From assembly GCA_036630325.1 (NCBI GenBank), contig CP142731.1, positions 1,178,001-1,242,000 on the forward strand: DNA of 64,000 bases, written 5' to 3'. The number at the start of each line of letters is the position of its first letter. Within the stretch, counting starts at the first letter, position 1. A program made the position numbers and the translations under genes. The notes under the pieces are model-generated. The model made no database searches. It was not told where the DNA came from and worked only from the letters and a program-made list of their open reading frames with translations. This document shows positions 13,098 through 24,574 of the stretch, piece after piece. Origin of the DNA: Vairimorpha necatrix. Taxonomy: Eukaryota.

Positions 13098-13668
13098 TAT
13101 TATAAAAATAAAAAATTATTAAACTATTCTATTCTTTTCTATTTTTTATATCATCTTAATATTTGATATTTAATGTTTGATATCGTTATCAATCAAATTT
13201 TTTTTAAGACATATACGGAAATAAAATACTTTGGGAATGTTAATAACATTAAATATATAAGTTTCTGCTATTGAAATAAATCTTACCACATAAAATCATT
13301 TGTAAATTTTGATAAACAATATTGTATTTTATAAAATAAACAGCTCTATTAAAAAAATAAAGGTAACACCAAAATGCTTTCATATCCATTTTTTAGGCAA
13401 GATTAGTGCCGATTTATATCATTCAATTCTTTAAAAAAATAAATAAAATTGACTTCAATCAAATTACAGGAAAATTAATAATTTAGACACAAAAAAAGAA
13501 GTTGAAATTCTGGTTGAATTACATGAAAGGTTCAATGATAAGCAGAAATTTTTCAAATATGCAATATTTTTAATATTAAATACAAATAAAAACACAAAAA
13601 TATATATATACCTGTAAAATATAAATATTAAGGTAGGATACCTATTTTTTTACATATTTTTACCCAAA

Positions 13669-14651
13669 ATGTTTTTTATTATCTTTTATGCGTTATACTC
13701 AATTATATAGTAAATACAAGCAAGATACTAGTAATAGAATCAATATATTAGCAAGAATGATATTTTAACGAATAAATACTTCGATAACTTCACATGCAAT
13801 TTGTGTCATTATGAAAATTCATCAAATAAAAGTACATGTTACAACAATTTCACCGATGACTTGTATAATTCAATTATCTTAAATAATGATGTATTTTTGG
13901 GCAAAAAAATGAATTTGATTCTACAATCAAAAATCAAATAAAAAATGATGACGATTTAGTTCGAAGTATTTATATAGGAACAAATAAATTAGAAGAGCTT
14001 TTCTGTTTTGAGATGGATGACGACAAACTGTTGATAAGTTTTATTACAACCAATGAAGGTAATGTTTCACACAGCATACTATTAAACGAGTTTAAAAAAC
14101 AGATAAAAGCTTTTTTTAAACGGAGAAAACCAATATTTGACAACGACTCAGGTCTCTACGAATTAAATACGTTGCATTGGAAAACAGACAAAACTATAAA
14201 GATTGTAATTATTTGTTCTATCTTTTTAAAAATGATTTTATTCGTAATCTTAAGAAAAAACAATTATGTAAAATATATACTTAGATAGATAATATAAAAA
14301 TATCTATTAATATTGAGGATTTAAAGTTAAGAAAAGTAGAAGCATTTAAACTATTAATTGTTATTTTGCAATATAAAAGATCACTAAATACAAGTTTTTT
14401 CTATCAAAGATGATATTAAATTATTCCAGGTTGATATAGTAGAAATGTCTGCAATTAAATATGTCCCAATAGTTGATAAACTTAATAAATTTAAACTAAT
14501 TTGATGATAAAAAAATATAGATTTGAGTCAAAAAAGAATGTGTAATATTAGTACTGGAATTGATAGATGCCAATTTACATCAATTATATAAAAATCTAAT
14601 GAGATTATAGATTCTTGTAGTAAATTTATCGATCTACTTACACATTATTAA
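13669..14651 (+). pseudogene. Family X member 3, pseudogene
   Basis: CCC-ATG start. Fragments IILNNDVFLGKK, NKLEELFCFEM and LYKKSNEIID match member 1 (IVLKNDVFLSQK, EKLEELFNFEI, LYKKSTEIIE); multiple stops and frameshifts. Confidence 0.75.
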
Positions 14652-15803
14652 ATCAAGTGTAGAAAGATTCAATTTTAATTGACTATGTGAAAAATAATAA
14701 ATTTAATCAAAATGTACCAAAGTCAAAACAATAAACTCTTCAAATAAAAATCTAATTTAAGCTTACACACACTATCCGACTTTTAAGTGACTTCGCAAAG
14801 TCGTAGTTCATAAACAATGAATTAGCATTGATAGATAAACTATGTAAAACAGAAAAAAAAAATTTTGACTTATGAACAGAAACGGGCAGAGTGGGAACAA
14901 ATTTATAGAAAAAATTGGCCCAGATGTTTATACAAAATGATTATTTAAATGTATAATTTATAAAAAACAAAATTAAATTTGTTTGACTATAATAGTTAAT
15001 GACTCTTTGACAATTAATAAATGAGAATGAAAAATATTTTACCTAGTTTATATGAAATTAATATTCAACACATCGAAAGAATTTTAATAAAAATTTGTAT
15101 TTTCATTAATTTCTGGACTATTTATCTCTATTTAAAATATTTTAGTTTGAAATGCAGTCTCAAATTTTACCCAATATGTAAAATCACACAGTATGCCCTC
15201 TCAGAACTATGGTTTACATAATGACACTTACATGAGTTGCTTTCTAACTGATCTTTTCGGGTCGTCATTATACTTGTAATAAAAAATATGTAGCATAGAG
15301 CGTAATTTTTACAACACAAGCAAAATGGCTAGTCGTTTTTCATCATGTTTTTTTTTATAAATTAATTTACTAAACAGCCTAAATCTTTATCGTGTATATA
15401 CTAAATTCTCCATTTTAAAATATTTCAGATATAATTTTCGGCCAAATTTATCCCGACTGACTTATATATGACATTTTAGGTTAATATTTCTTTGATGGCT
15501 ACTCTTGTTTCGATTTCGTCCGCGTATCTTTTGTAAAGTCTTACATTAAAATCCATTTAGCACTATGATTTATAACACTGAAATTAGTACTATAATTTCC
15601 ATGTTGTTATTTGGTTTGATTGAAATAAAAATGTCTTGTCATAGTTATAAGAAGTTATCTTAGATGCTAAAAAATCTTCAGAAGTTAAATTTTAATATTC
15701 ATTATGCATGCTTCAGAAAATTTATCAATTAAAAATATTTTTTTTTTAGAATATTAAAAAGGGGCTATAAAATTTTTTTATTTCATTTTTTTTTAGTTAC
15801 CCC

Positions 15804-16283
15804 ATGGTAAAAGATGTAAATACAAAATCTTTACTAGAAATAGAAAAAGAACTCATAAAGAAAAAAGACTGGAAATATCTTGGCGAAGTTGATAAAAAGA
15901 AAAGACCTTTAAATTCTCTACTAACAAAAAATGATTTTTCTTACGATGTCACAGAACAAATCGAATCAATTTCCCAGAAACAAAATGTTGAAATTATGAA
16001 AATGGCTCTTTTAAGAGTCAGAGAAGGAACTTTTGACAATTATGATTTTACAGTTGTAGAAAAACAAGAAGAAGAAATTGAGTATAACGAGGAAGAGAAT
16101 AAAGATGTAGTAGAATTGTATAATGAAATAGAAAGTGAGTTATTAAAAATTAGTGATTTTGGTAGTTTTGGGTTTATGCCGGATGTAGAAATTAAAAATT
16201 ATGTTAAAAATGAGATTAAAGATAAAAGAAGAAAGAATGTCAAATCTCTTGGAAATATCAAAAATGTTACAGTTTTAAAATGA
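15804..16283 (+). CDS. MPP10: U3 snoRNP protein Mpp10, C-terminal portion
   Basis: EKELIKKKDWKYLGEVDKKKRPLNSLL matches the Mpp10 core motif (LEKE..EKKPWQL.GEV...KRPENSLL); also RVREGTFD and LLKISDF. CCCC directly precedes the ATG. Confidence 0.88.
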   Translation: MVKDVNTKSLLEIEKELIKKKDWKYLGEVDKKKRPLNSLLTKNDFSYDVTEQIESISQKQNVEIMKMALLRVREGTFDNYDFTVVEKQEEEIEYNEEENKDVVELYNEIESELLKISDFGSFGFMPDVEIKNYVKNEIKDKRRKNVKSLGNIKNVTVLK

Positions 16284-16290
16284 ATAAATT

Positions 16291-16827
16291 TTATTTTTTT
16301 AAATTTTTATCAAGTTTTTTAAATAGTTCTGAGGCTGGCCTGTCTTTAAGTTCGTCGATGTCTTCTAAAGAGTCTGAGTCTGAGAATGTGTCTTCATCTT
16401 CTTCTGAGTCATTTTCGCTTATGTCTTCGTTTTCCAAATCTTTTTTAAGTTTTTCGAATTCTTCTGAGTCGTCGTCATAATGTACTTCTGAATTTTCATT
16501 CAAAACTTCTTTTTCTGTATTATCTTCTTCTGAGTCGTCGTCATAATGTACTTCTTCTGTATTATCTTCTTTTATGTCTTCATCATTGACATCTTCATTA
16601 TAAATGTTTTCTTCATCATTTTTGACATCTTCTTTGTTGTTTGTTTGACTTTCTTTCAATTTTGTTTTTTTTAATATTTTCTCTTGATTTTCTTTTATTA
16701 CTTTCTTACAGAGTTCTTCAATTTGATAATAGATTTGTTCATCTGTAAATCCTTCTATAAAAATTTCTCTACATTTATATTTCTGATTTAGTGTCTTATA
16801 AATTTCTTCTATTTTTTCTTTTTCCAT
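16291..16827 (-). CDS. Acidic protein resembling the Mpp10 N-terminal portion
   Basis: EIFIEGFTDEQIYYQIEE resembles the Mpp10 N-terminal motif (as recalled: human LVIENFDDEQIWQQLE, yeast EITVDGLDANQVWWQV), followed by a D/E-rich tract containing a duplicated EVHYDDDSEE. Confidence 0.65.
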   Translation of the reverse strand: MEKEKIEEIYKTLNQKYKCREIFIEGFTDEQIYYQIEELCKKVIKENQEKILKKTKLKESQTNNKEDVKNDEENIYNEDVNDEDIKEDNTEEVHYDDDSEEDNTEKEVLNENSEVHYDDDSEEFEKLKKDLENEDISENDSEEDEDTFSDSDSLEDIDELKDRPASELFKKLDKNLKK

Positions 16828-16852
16828 TTAATTTTTTTTAAGCCCCTTTTTA
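16828..16852. promoter_or_regulatory. 25-bp bidirectional intergenic/promoter element
   Basis: Only 25 bp separate the divergent ATGs. One CCCC run reads as a CCC motif for RPL8 and as a GGG motif for the minus-strand gene. Confidence 0.6.
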
Positions 16853-17566
16853 ATGGGTAAAGTTACTAGAAAAATCAGAGAAGAGACTAAGAAACTTAGA
16901 AATCCAAGGAAACTTAGTTCTCCTAAGTATCCTAATTTCCCAGAGACTACCCAGGGGACTGTGGTGGATTTAGTCCATGAGAGGGGAAGAGGCGTGCCTC
17001 TTGCCCATGTCAAGTTTAATGACGAGATTTATTCTCTTATTGCCACTGAAGGGCTTTACACTGGCCAGACTATTTTTATAGGAGATAATGCGCCCATTTC
17101 TATAGGAAATATTACTAAGCTTAAGAATGTGCCTGGAGGTATGGCAGTCCACTCTATTGAGTATGATTATGAAGATGGCGGCTGCGTGGGGATGACAGGA
17201 GGAGCTTATTCTACTGTAGTAACCCACAGGGAAGAGACCAATGAGACAGTCTTGGGCCTACCAAGCGGGCAGAAGAAGATCTTCAGTAGTGAAGTCAGGT
17301 GTATTGTGGGAGTCCCTTCTGCGGGTGGTATCAAAGAGAAGCCTTTTCTTAAGGCTTCTGTGGCTCATTACTTCAATAAAGCCCACTGTAAGAAATGGCC
17401 TAGAGTTCGGTGTGTGGCTATGAACCCAGTAGAACATAAATTTGGAGGAGGTAATCATCAACATGTAGGAAGACCGACTACTATTTCTAAGAGAAGACCA
17501 CATGCTCAACTTATGGGATTAATAGGAGCAAGAAGAACTGGTAGAGTAAAAGGAAGTAAGAAATAA
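16853..17566 (+). CDS. RPL8: 60S ribosomal protein L8 (uL2)
   Basis: [54 protein letters not shown]. Confidence 0.97.
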   Translation: MGKVTRKIREETKKLRNPRKLSSPKYPNFPETTQGTVVDLVHERGRGVPLAHVKFNDEIYSLIATEGLYTGQTIFIGDNAPISIGNITKLKNVPGGMAVHSIEYDYEDGGCVGMTGGAYSTVVTHREETNETVLGLPSGQKKIFSSEVRCIVGVPSAGGIKEKPFLKASVAHYFNKAHCKKWPRVRCVAMNPVEHKFGGGNHQHVGRPTTISKRRPHAQLMGLIGARRTGRVKGSKK

Positions 17567-17917
17567 ATTATTAACATTTTTATACAAAAATATCTAAAAA
17601 ACAAATATTATATAATTTTAAAATATTATTTAAGATATACTATAAAATTATTTAAGATATACTATATTAATTAAGATAATTTTCTATAATTAAATCTGTA
17701 AATTCATAACAAGCAAATATATAATGTTATATTCAATTGTATAGATTATATTGTATAGATTATATTGTATAGATTCAATTGTATATATTATATTGTAAAT
17801 GTTTTTAAGTTATTATTTTAATTTTTTATATAAAATAGAGTTTGTTGTATTTAACAAACAAACTCACTGAAAAAAGTATAAATAGGAATTTTTCTGCATA
17901 ATTATCAATTTTTTATT

Positions 17918-18196
17918 TTATGAAAACACGAATAAAATCAAAAACAGAAAAAGTATCAGCAATGTCCCACCAATGTAATACAACCATGTCTTGAAGTACT
18001 GTGGTTTGATATTCTTAATCAGTTTTACATTAGACAATATTTGATATAGTTTGTTTTCAAATCCGGGTTGTAGATTTTGTAGATCTTTGTTTTGGGTTCT
18101 TAGTACATCTGAGATTTCTAGTGCTACGTGTTTTAGAGAATTTACACGTGATCTGAGGACTAAGCCTTCGTCCTCTGATTCTTGATCTTCATACAT
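17918..18196 (-). CDS. Small Qc-SNARE, Bet1-like
   Basis: Heptad LRSRVNSLKHVALEISDVLRTQNKDL with a central Q and a C-terminal transmembrane anchor; CCCCC upstream of the ATG. Confidence 0.75.
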   Translation of the reverse strand: MYEDQESEDEGLVLRSRVNSLKHVALEISDVLRTQNKDLQNLQPGFENKLYQILSNVKLIKNIKPQYFKTWLYYIGGTLLILFLFLILFVFS

Positions 18197-18494
18197 AAAA
18201 GGGGGTGTTAATAAAGGATTTCTTTATTTGAGAATGGATAGATAATGAGTGTAGATTTGTAATATCGAAGAAAACATGTAGCAGCCCGCCTGAGTCTTAT
18301 TTATAGAAATTGACAATTTAGGCAATTTCTATCACAGAGCATAATATTTGCATGAATCGCAGTACATAAATTTCTTAAGCTATAACAAATGAAGATCGAC
18401 TGTTTTATATGTCGCTGTTCTACATAAATCATCTCTAGATCTGTAAATTGAATAAGATAAATCTATAAGAAAATATCTTAATTTATCCCATATT

Positions 18495-18968
18495 ATGGTA
18501 TTCTGTATATTCTGTGGTAGATCTTACAAGACTAAGAAGGCGTACAAGTCCCACTCTGAAAGTCAGTCACATAAAGAAAAAGAGACAGATTTAAAAAGAG
18601 ACATGAAGAAGTTCAGGAAATTATTCTTAACAAATCTGTGTTCTTTTATACACAGATATGATGATTATAAAGATCTAGAAGAGTGTTATAAGTCGTATAT
18701 TAAGAATAATACAGTAAGTTTTAGAGACGTGGGATACAATAGTGTCATATCCATGGTCAAAGATCTTAGAGATTTAGTGGATATTAAAGAGACAGATAGT
18801 AAATATTTTGTAAAGGCCTATGATAGATTTGTACAGAAGAAAGAAGTAAAGAAAATCAATGATAGTGACAGTGAAGAGATGAGTGTAGAAGATATTAGTG
18901 AATATGAGACATATTCTGGAGATCAAGAAGGCTTATTAGACTGTATAAGAAACAAGACAAATTTGTAG
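18495..18968 (+). CDS. C2H2 zinc-finger protein, Kin17/Rts2-like
   Basis: FCIFCGR...YKSHSESQSH finger like Kin17 (WYCQMC...FKCH..SESH), followed by a helical F..LF...YKSYI segment. Confidence 0.6.
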   Translation: MVFCIFCGRSYKTKKAYKSHSESQSHKEKETDLKRDMKKFRKLFLTNLCSFIHRYDDYKDLEECYKSYIKNNTVSFRDVGYNSVISMVKDLRDLVDIKETDSKYFVKAYDRFVQKKEVKKINDSDSEEMSVEDISEYETYSGDQEGLLDCIRNKTNL

Positions 18969-19116
18969 ATCTACATAACTTTATTTATTAGATTTACAAA
19001 AGATTACAACTCGACTTTATTTTAAATTTGAGTCAAATTTCAAATGTCAAATATTTTAGTGTTTTAAATTTGAAATAAGTATGCAACTCGACTTATCTAA
19101 TTTTCTTGACCCCTGT

Positions 19117-21873
19117 ATGAATGATGATGAATTACTTAAGAAGTTGAAAACCGAGTCTAAATCCCATATTTCTTTTTGGAGTGACTCCAATAAAGACACC
19201 TTCGAAGTAGAAATCCCCATTGCGGACAGCGAATTCTCATTCACCTCTGCCGAAATATCCGACCAATCAAATATGAAGACTTCTAATAATAATAAGATTT
19301 CTAATATAAAGTTCATTATTCGAGATATTATCAAGACACAAGATACTACTAAATTATACGGGGATGATGTGATTTGTAATATCAGAGGAGAATGGCGTAC
19401 TATAAATTTCGAGATTAATACAAAGTTGACAGTCATGACTTGCTTATGCTGCGACAAAGATTTATCTAAAGAGTATAAAGACGGGTTTATTATAGTAGAG
19501 GTAGATGATGAGACTAATTATCTCTTTATTGAGGATGATCTGATGACTATCACTAATTTCGTCTCTAGTATTAGATGTATAAATAATCCTTATTTAAGTA
19601 GTAAAGTGGCAGATATAAATTTCAATTTCTCGGATAAATGTTTAGTAAATGGGATTATCCTCCATGAGATCATGGAAGAGTGTATTATAAATGATAATTA
19701 TAAATTATCATTTATAATTAATAAGATGAATGAGAGTATAAAAGAGAATATAGTGAATATTTATATTTGTGACTCAGATGAGAAGACTGTAAGGAATGAC
19801 TGTATGATGATCACTAAGAATATTATTTCATTTACAAGTACTAATGATTATAAATTTGAGGAATCTGAAAAACAAGTCTCTTCTTTACTAATGAATCTTA
19901 AAGGGAATTGTGACGCAGTAGGTCAGAATGTTGTACTAGAAATTAAGTCTGGTAAATATTTAGATGTCTCCCATAAGGCCCAAGTCTTGTTATACAGTCT
20001 ACTTCTCAGAGAGAAGTATAAGAAGACATTCTTCCCTTGTCTCTTTTATATTTCTGGTAATAACTTCTTGAATTTGACTCTCAGACACAGTGAAATTAAG
20101 AGTCTCATGATTTTGAGGAATAAGTTGACTCTTATAAATGAGATAGAAGATTGTTCATGTAGTGAATTCGAGTCCTGTAGAATATTACAGAAGATTTCTA
20201 AGTTTAGAGACACACACTGGTTAAAAAAGATGTATCTCAGTATAAATCAAGAAGAGAAATACAGACAGAAAGAGACATGGCACTTAGTCAAGTTTAAGAA
20301 GCAAGAAGACATGACAGTAGTCTTTATAAATAATGATATCCCAGTAGAAGATGTATTTATAAATATTTACACAGTAGATCTAGTGAAGATATGTAAAGGG
20401 ATAATTAGTAAAGTGGATTTATATTTGTATGTATCTCTAAGTGAGAATATAAATTTAGAGAAGGATAGGGATTATTATATAAGCTTCGGGAATAATGACA
20501 TATTCTTCAAGTATATGAGATGGTCACTAATTAATATAGCATATTTCAAGTATATAAATAAATCAGAGACATCTCATGGATTCCAATTACCAGATGAAGA
20601 TATTGAGAATGAAGGATTATTAGATTTTAGTATTGACGACATAGAGGTCACTGAAATAAAAGGCAACAACACAAAAATAAATTTAAAAGATGACATAAAT
20701 ATTAAAGACAGTCTAGATGATGCAATACATTCATCCTTAGATAGACAAATATCTCAGACAATAAAATCAAATACTACTAGTACTGGAAGTACAGAAAATA
20801 TGCCATCCTCTGCTTTATCAGACACTTCTTCATTCGTGTACTTCACTCCTCTACCAGAAATACCCCGCTTTAAATATAAAATCCCTGAGATTTACTTGTC
20901 TCAATTCTTAAGTCTCAATAATGACCAGAAATCCGCCCTATACTCCGCTCTACACTGCGAGAATTATAAAATAGTCCATGGGATGCCCGGCACAGGGAAG
21001 AGTAGTGTGATAGTCTTACTGATCAAGATACTAGTGTATCTTAATAAGAAGGTCTTACTAGTCTGTTATACAAATCTGGCCCTTACTAATATCCTGGATA
21101 AACTTAAGACTATTAGAAGTTACAGAGCCAAGAAAGAGTCCTGTAATTTCTCTAGTGTCTCAGATCTCAAGAGATATTTCAAGAATATAGATCTAGTGGC
21201 GAGTACATGCTTCGGATTTAGAGACCCCATATTTCTAAATAGATCTTTTGATTTCTGCATTATAGACGAGGGGTCTCAGCAGCATCTCCTCCTGACTCTT
21301 ATCCCCATTTCTCTATGTACTAGATTTATAATATTCGGGGATCATTTACAGCTCAAGCCCCTTAGTAAGTCCAATTCTCTCCTGAGTCTAAGTCTATTTG
21401 AGTACTTACTTGACAGTGATCACTCAGAGTTGACTATACAGTACAGAATGGGACCAAATATAATGAGATTAAGTAATGAATTATTCTATAATAATAAACT
21501 GAAACTTAGTACAGAGAAGATGAAGACTGAGGACACTGTATCATTTGTAGATTCAAATACTATAAATTATAATAAGTTTATTACTAGAGTAAAGGACTCT
21601 ACAATCCTCTGCTATTTTAATTCACAAGTCAAAAAGACCAGGGACTTGACGAAGTGTCAAGTGGAGACAGTGGACAGATTCCAGGGATCAGAGGCGGATA
21701 ATATAATAGTGGTATTTGACCCTATAGTCAAGTGTGGGGTACTTGAGTCAAGGGAGAGACTCAATGTGGCACTTACACGGGCGAGGAAGAATTTGATATT
21801 AGTGGGGGATATAAACAAAATGAAGGATATACAAATACTCCAAGATCTCCTAGCAATCATGAACATAGACTAG
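19117..21873 (+). CDS. DNA2: DNA2 nuclease/helicase
   Basis: Nuclease GIILHE, KGNCD, LEIKSG, QVLLY and Fe-S-type cysteines; SF1 helicase GMPGTGKS, IIDEGSQ, GDHLQL, QYRM, TVDRFQG, RLNVALTRAR. ATG 19117 follows CCCC (the ORF is open from 19081). Confidence 0.93.
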   Translation: MNDDELLKKLKTESKSHISFWSDSNKDTFEVEIPIADSEFSFTSAEISDQSNMKTSNNNKISNIKFIIRDIIKTQDTTKLYGDDVICNIRGEWRTINFEINTKLTVMTCLCCDKDLSKEYKDGFIIVEVDDETNYLFIEDDLMTITNFVSSIRCINNPYLSSKVADINFNFSDKCLVNGIILHEIMEECIINDNYKLSFIINKMNESIKENIVNIYICDSDEKTVRNDCMMITKNIISFTSTNDYKFEESEKQVSSLLMNLKGNCDAVGQNVVLEIKSGKYLDVSHKAQVLLYSLLLREKYKKTFFPCLFYISGNNFLNLTLRHSEIKSLMILRNKLTLINEIEDCSCSEFESCRILQKISKFRDTHWLKKMYLSINQEEKYRQKETWHLVKFKKQEDMTVVFINNDIPVEDVFINIYTVDLVKICKGIISKVDLYLYVSLSENINLEKDRDYYISFGNNDIFFKYMRWSLINIAYFKYINKSETSHGFQLPDEDIENEGLLDFSIDDIEVTEIKGNNTKINLKDDINIKDSLDDAIHSSLDRQISQTIKSNTTSTGSTENMPSSALSDTSSFVYFTPLPEIPRFKYKIPEIYLSQFLSLNNDQKSALYSALHCENYKIVHGMPGTGKSSVIVLLIKILVYLNKKVLLVCYTNLALTNILDKLKTIRSYRAKKESCNFSSVSDLKRYFKNIDLVASTCFGFRDPIFLNRSFDFCIIDEGSQQHLLLTLIPISLCTRFIIFGDHLQLKPLSKSNSLLSLSLFEYLLDSDHSELTIQYRMGPNIMRLSNELFYNNKLKLSTEKMKTEDTVSFVDSNTINYNKFITRVKDSTILCYFNSQVKKTRDLTKCQVETVDRFQGSEADNIIVVFDPIVKCGVLESRERLNVALTRARKNLILVGDINKMKDIQILQDLLAIMNID

Positions 21874-22010
21874 ATTAGATATATTAGAGTCTATATAGAT
21901 TAGATATATCAGCTTAGATATATTAGAATTTATATAGATTAGATATATTAGATTAGACATATTAGATTAGACATATTAGATTAGATATATTAGAATTTAT
22001 ATATAGATTA
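21871..22010. repeat. Degenerate short tandem repeat (TAGATTAGATATAT-like)
   Basis: Repeated tagattagatatatta units after the DNA2 stop. Similar simple repeats occur at ~17630-17790 and ~26885-27070. Confidence 0.7.
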
Positions 22011-22091
22011 TATAAATTATAAATGTGTTTTTTTTGTGGGTGAAACATTGTTTCATATTTTATTTATAAAAAAAGGCCTCAATAAAAAGAC

Positions 22092-22403
22092 ATGGCAAAG
22101 ATCGAAGAAGAAAAGTCAAAGATTGAAGAAGAAGTAAAATTTAGTGATAACAGGGATTTTCCTGAAGAAATAAAGAAGAAGATAATCTCAGAATTAAAAG
22201 GGAAGACTCGGAATTTAGAGCCCACCAAAGTGGGCTCGTGTCTCAAGATGATGCTAGACAGGAATTTTGGGTCAGGGTGGTGTGTCATAATAGGGGGTCA
22301 TTTCTCAGGGGCCTTTACATATGTGGGGTCACTGTACATAGAAATAACAGTCAGAGAGATAGTGATAGTAATATTCAAGACATATAAACCCGACAAGAAC
22401 TGA
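22092..22403 (+). CDS. Dynein light chain, LC8 family
   Basis: LDRNFGSGWCVIIGGHFSGAFTY...IVIFK matches LC8 D..YGPTWHCIVG..FGS.VT...LFK. Confidence 0.85.
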   Translation: MAKIEEEKSKIEEEVKFSDNRDFPEEIKKKIISELKGKTRNLEPTKVGSCLKMMLDRNFGSGWCVIIGGHFSGAFTYVGSLYIEITVREIVIVIFKTYKPDKN

Positions 22404-22546
22404 AAAGTAAAGATCATATTTCATATATTTGTTTAGTACTATATTAATTTATATTTGTACTATATTAATTTATAATTAAATATAACATATTTTAAATTTA
22501 TAAATAGTACTATATTAAAGTTTATACATTTTTTAGGTGCACATTT

Positions 22547-23053
22547 TTATTTGACTCGTCTTATTTCTAATTCATAGTTTATTATTGAATAAGTCTTATT
22601 ATTCCCATACACTTCTGCAAGGGATCTCTTCTCATCTACCACTTTCTCATTAAAAAGTCTCAAATCATCTGTCAAAATATTCAAAGGGACATTCTTAATT
22701 TCTCTTATTTCTCCACCACTACACTCAAGAATAGAAAGAAGACACTCATTCTTATTCACAGGATTATACGAGACAAGTACATCATCCTCATATCTATCCT
22801 TAATATTCACAGTACTAAGAGAAGGGGACTTGTAAATAGACACTTTAATGTCATTTTTACATGAGTGACATTTCATCTCCCAGTTACATTTGTAGACATT
22901 GGGCTCTTTAATGGTACTCTCACTGGTTAAGATGACTACCTTGGGATGGACGAAGGAACAAGCAGTGCATGATAAAATGGCGGGGTAAGTTTGGTCACAA
23001 GAAAGGCCTTTGATATTGTCGAAATCAGCTTTGGCAATTAACTCGTATTTCAT
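22547..23053 (-). CDS. DUF866/UPF0587 CXXC zinc-binding protein
   Basis: 168 aa with CTAC...[14 protein letters not shown] and LECSG, the layout of DUF866. Confidence 0.75.
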
Positions 23054-23336
23054 ATTTAAGGGCTAAAGAAACAAGTACATAAATAAAAAAACATTAAAAA
23101 TTAGAAATGAAACTTAATATTGAAAGAATGTAGTATTAGAAAAGCAAATAGTGCCTGAATAAAAGAGCATTATTATTCATATGTGAAGAAGACACACTCA
23201 ATAAAAATAGGACTCAAGTAAAGAATACTTATAAATTAAACACAAACATAACATAATAAATATAATATAATATTATATATTATATAACATAACAAATATA
23301 TAATATATAATGTAATATATTATATATTATGGTTTA

Positions 23337-23669
23337 TTAGTTTAATTTGCCATTCTCATTAATATATATACTCAATATCTCTGAAGATGATATCTTCTTA
23401 ATTTCTAGACTACTACTCTTAACACACTTCCGCATTTTCTTAAACCAAATATCAACTGACTCAAACGACATGCCCAACAAATACCCAAGATCCTTTTTAT
23501 TCTTAACAGATGGGAAAAAAGATACTGTAAAAACAGAATATAAAACATTCTTCTGTAACAAAGACAACTTAGAATGTCTAGTGTACATGTGACGAGATGT
23601 GTGTCTGTGTATCTTGACGAGACCGATGATGGCATCGGCCTCGTCTTCGAGGCGGGAGAAATGAGGCAT
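23337..23669 (-). CDS. Homeodomain protein HD-A (atypical helix 3)
   Basis: Q...L...F.....P.......L...L......V..WF spacing of a typical homeodomain; N-terminal EADAIIGL. Start taken at MPHFSRL after a CCC motif (the ORF is open from 23771). Confidence 0.8.
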   Translation of the reverse strand: MPHFSRLEDEADAIIGLVKIHRHTSRHMYTRHSKLSLLQKNVLYSVFTVSFFPSVKNKKDLGYLLGMSFESVDIWFKKMRKCVKSSSLEIKKISSSEILSIYINENGKLN

Positions 23670-24574
23670 GAGATGAAATAAAATGATTATGCGGGAAAAA
23701 AAACGAGTATTTATAGTTTTAGAAATGAGTTTGTTTGTCAAATAAACAAAATCATAAAAAGAAATATGCATGAATAAAGAAAAATATAATTTTATAAAAA
23801 TTTACATTTATTGAGTCATCACATTCATCTTATTAATTTGATCAGTCTTCATATCTTTTTATGTCTCTATTTCATTCATATTCATCTCTTTATGAGTAAT
23901 ATTTTGACTCTTTGTTTCTAATCATCACTTTCGAGATCTTCTTAAGATACTTTCAAGAGTCTTCTTGGATATACGCCTCGACGAATGTTGGTATAAAGAG
24001 CTTTTTTTGTGGATTTCATGGTATCGTACACTTTTTAAAATATAGTGTTAATTTTATTAAATTAAAAAAAAATGTTCATCTTTTTATGTCAGTATATTTG
24101 TATTAGTTTATTTTCTTAATTATTGCTATAAAATTTTTAAGAAACATTATAAGATCAGTATAGTTGTATAGTACTTTAGAGATCTATTAAATAATTTGAT
24201 TTAGTAGAAATTATAATCTTTATACTATTGAAATATATAAATAAATATCATTATATGTGCGAAACATTATTTTATATAAAACACTTAATAACTTTTTTTG
24301 AATTTAATGTATTAAAAAAATATAAAACTAATTTGGTACATAAACAGTATAAATAACAAAAATCCATCATATTATTAAAGATTTAAGATTAAAATCGATT
24401 ATCTTATTCTTCTCTAATGACAGAGTAAGAAAATAAAACTAAATTAGAAATATTATTCCATATTATAAAATAATATTTATTAAAGCAAATATAATTAAAT
24501 TTACATATAGCATATTATGTAACCTTGGTTTTTTAAAAAATGAAAGCAAGAAGTTTGAACTTTTTAAATGTTGT

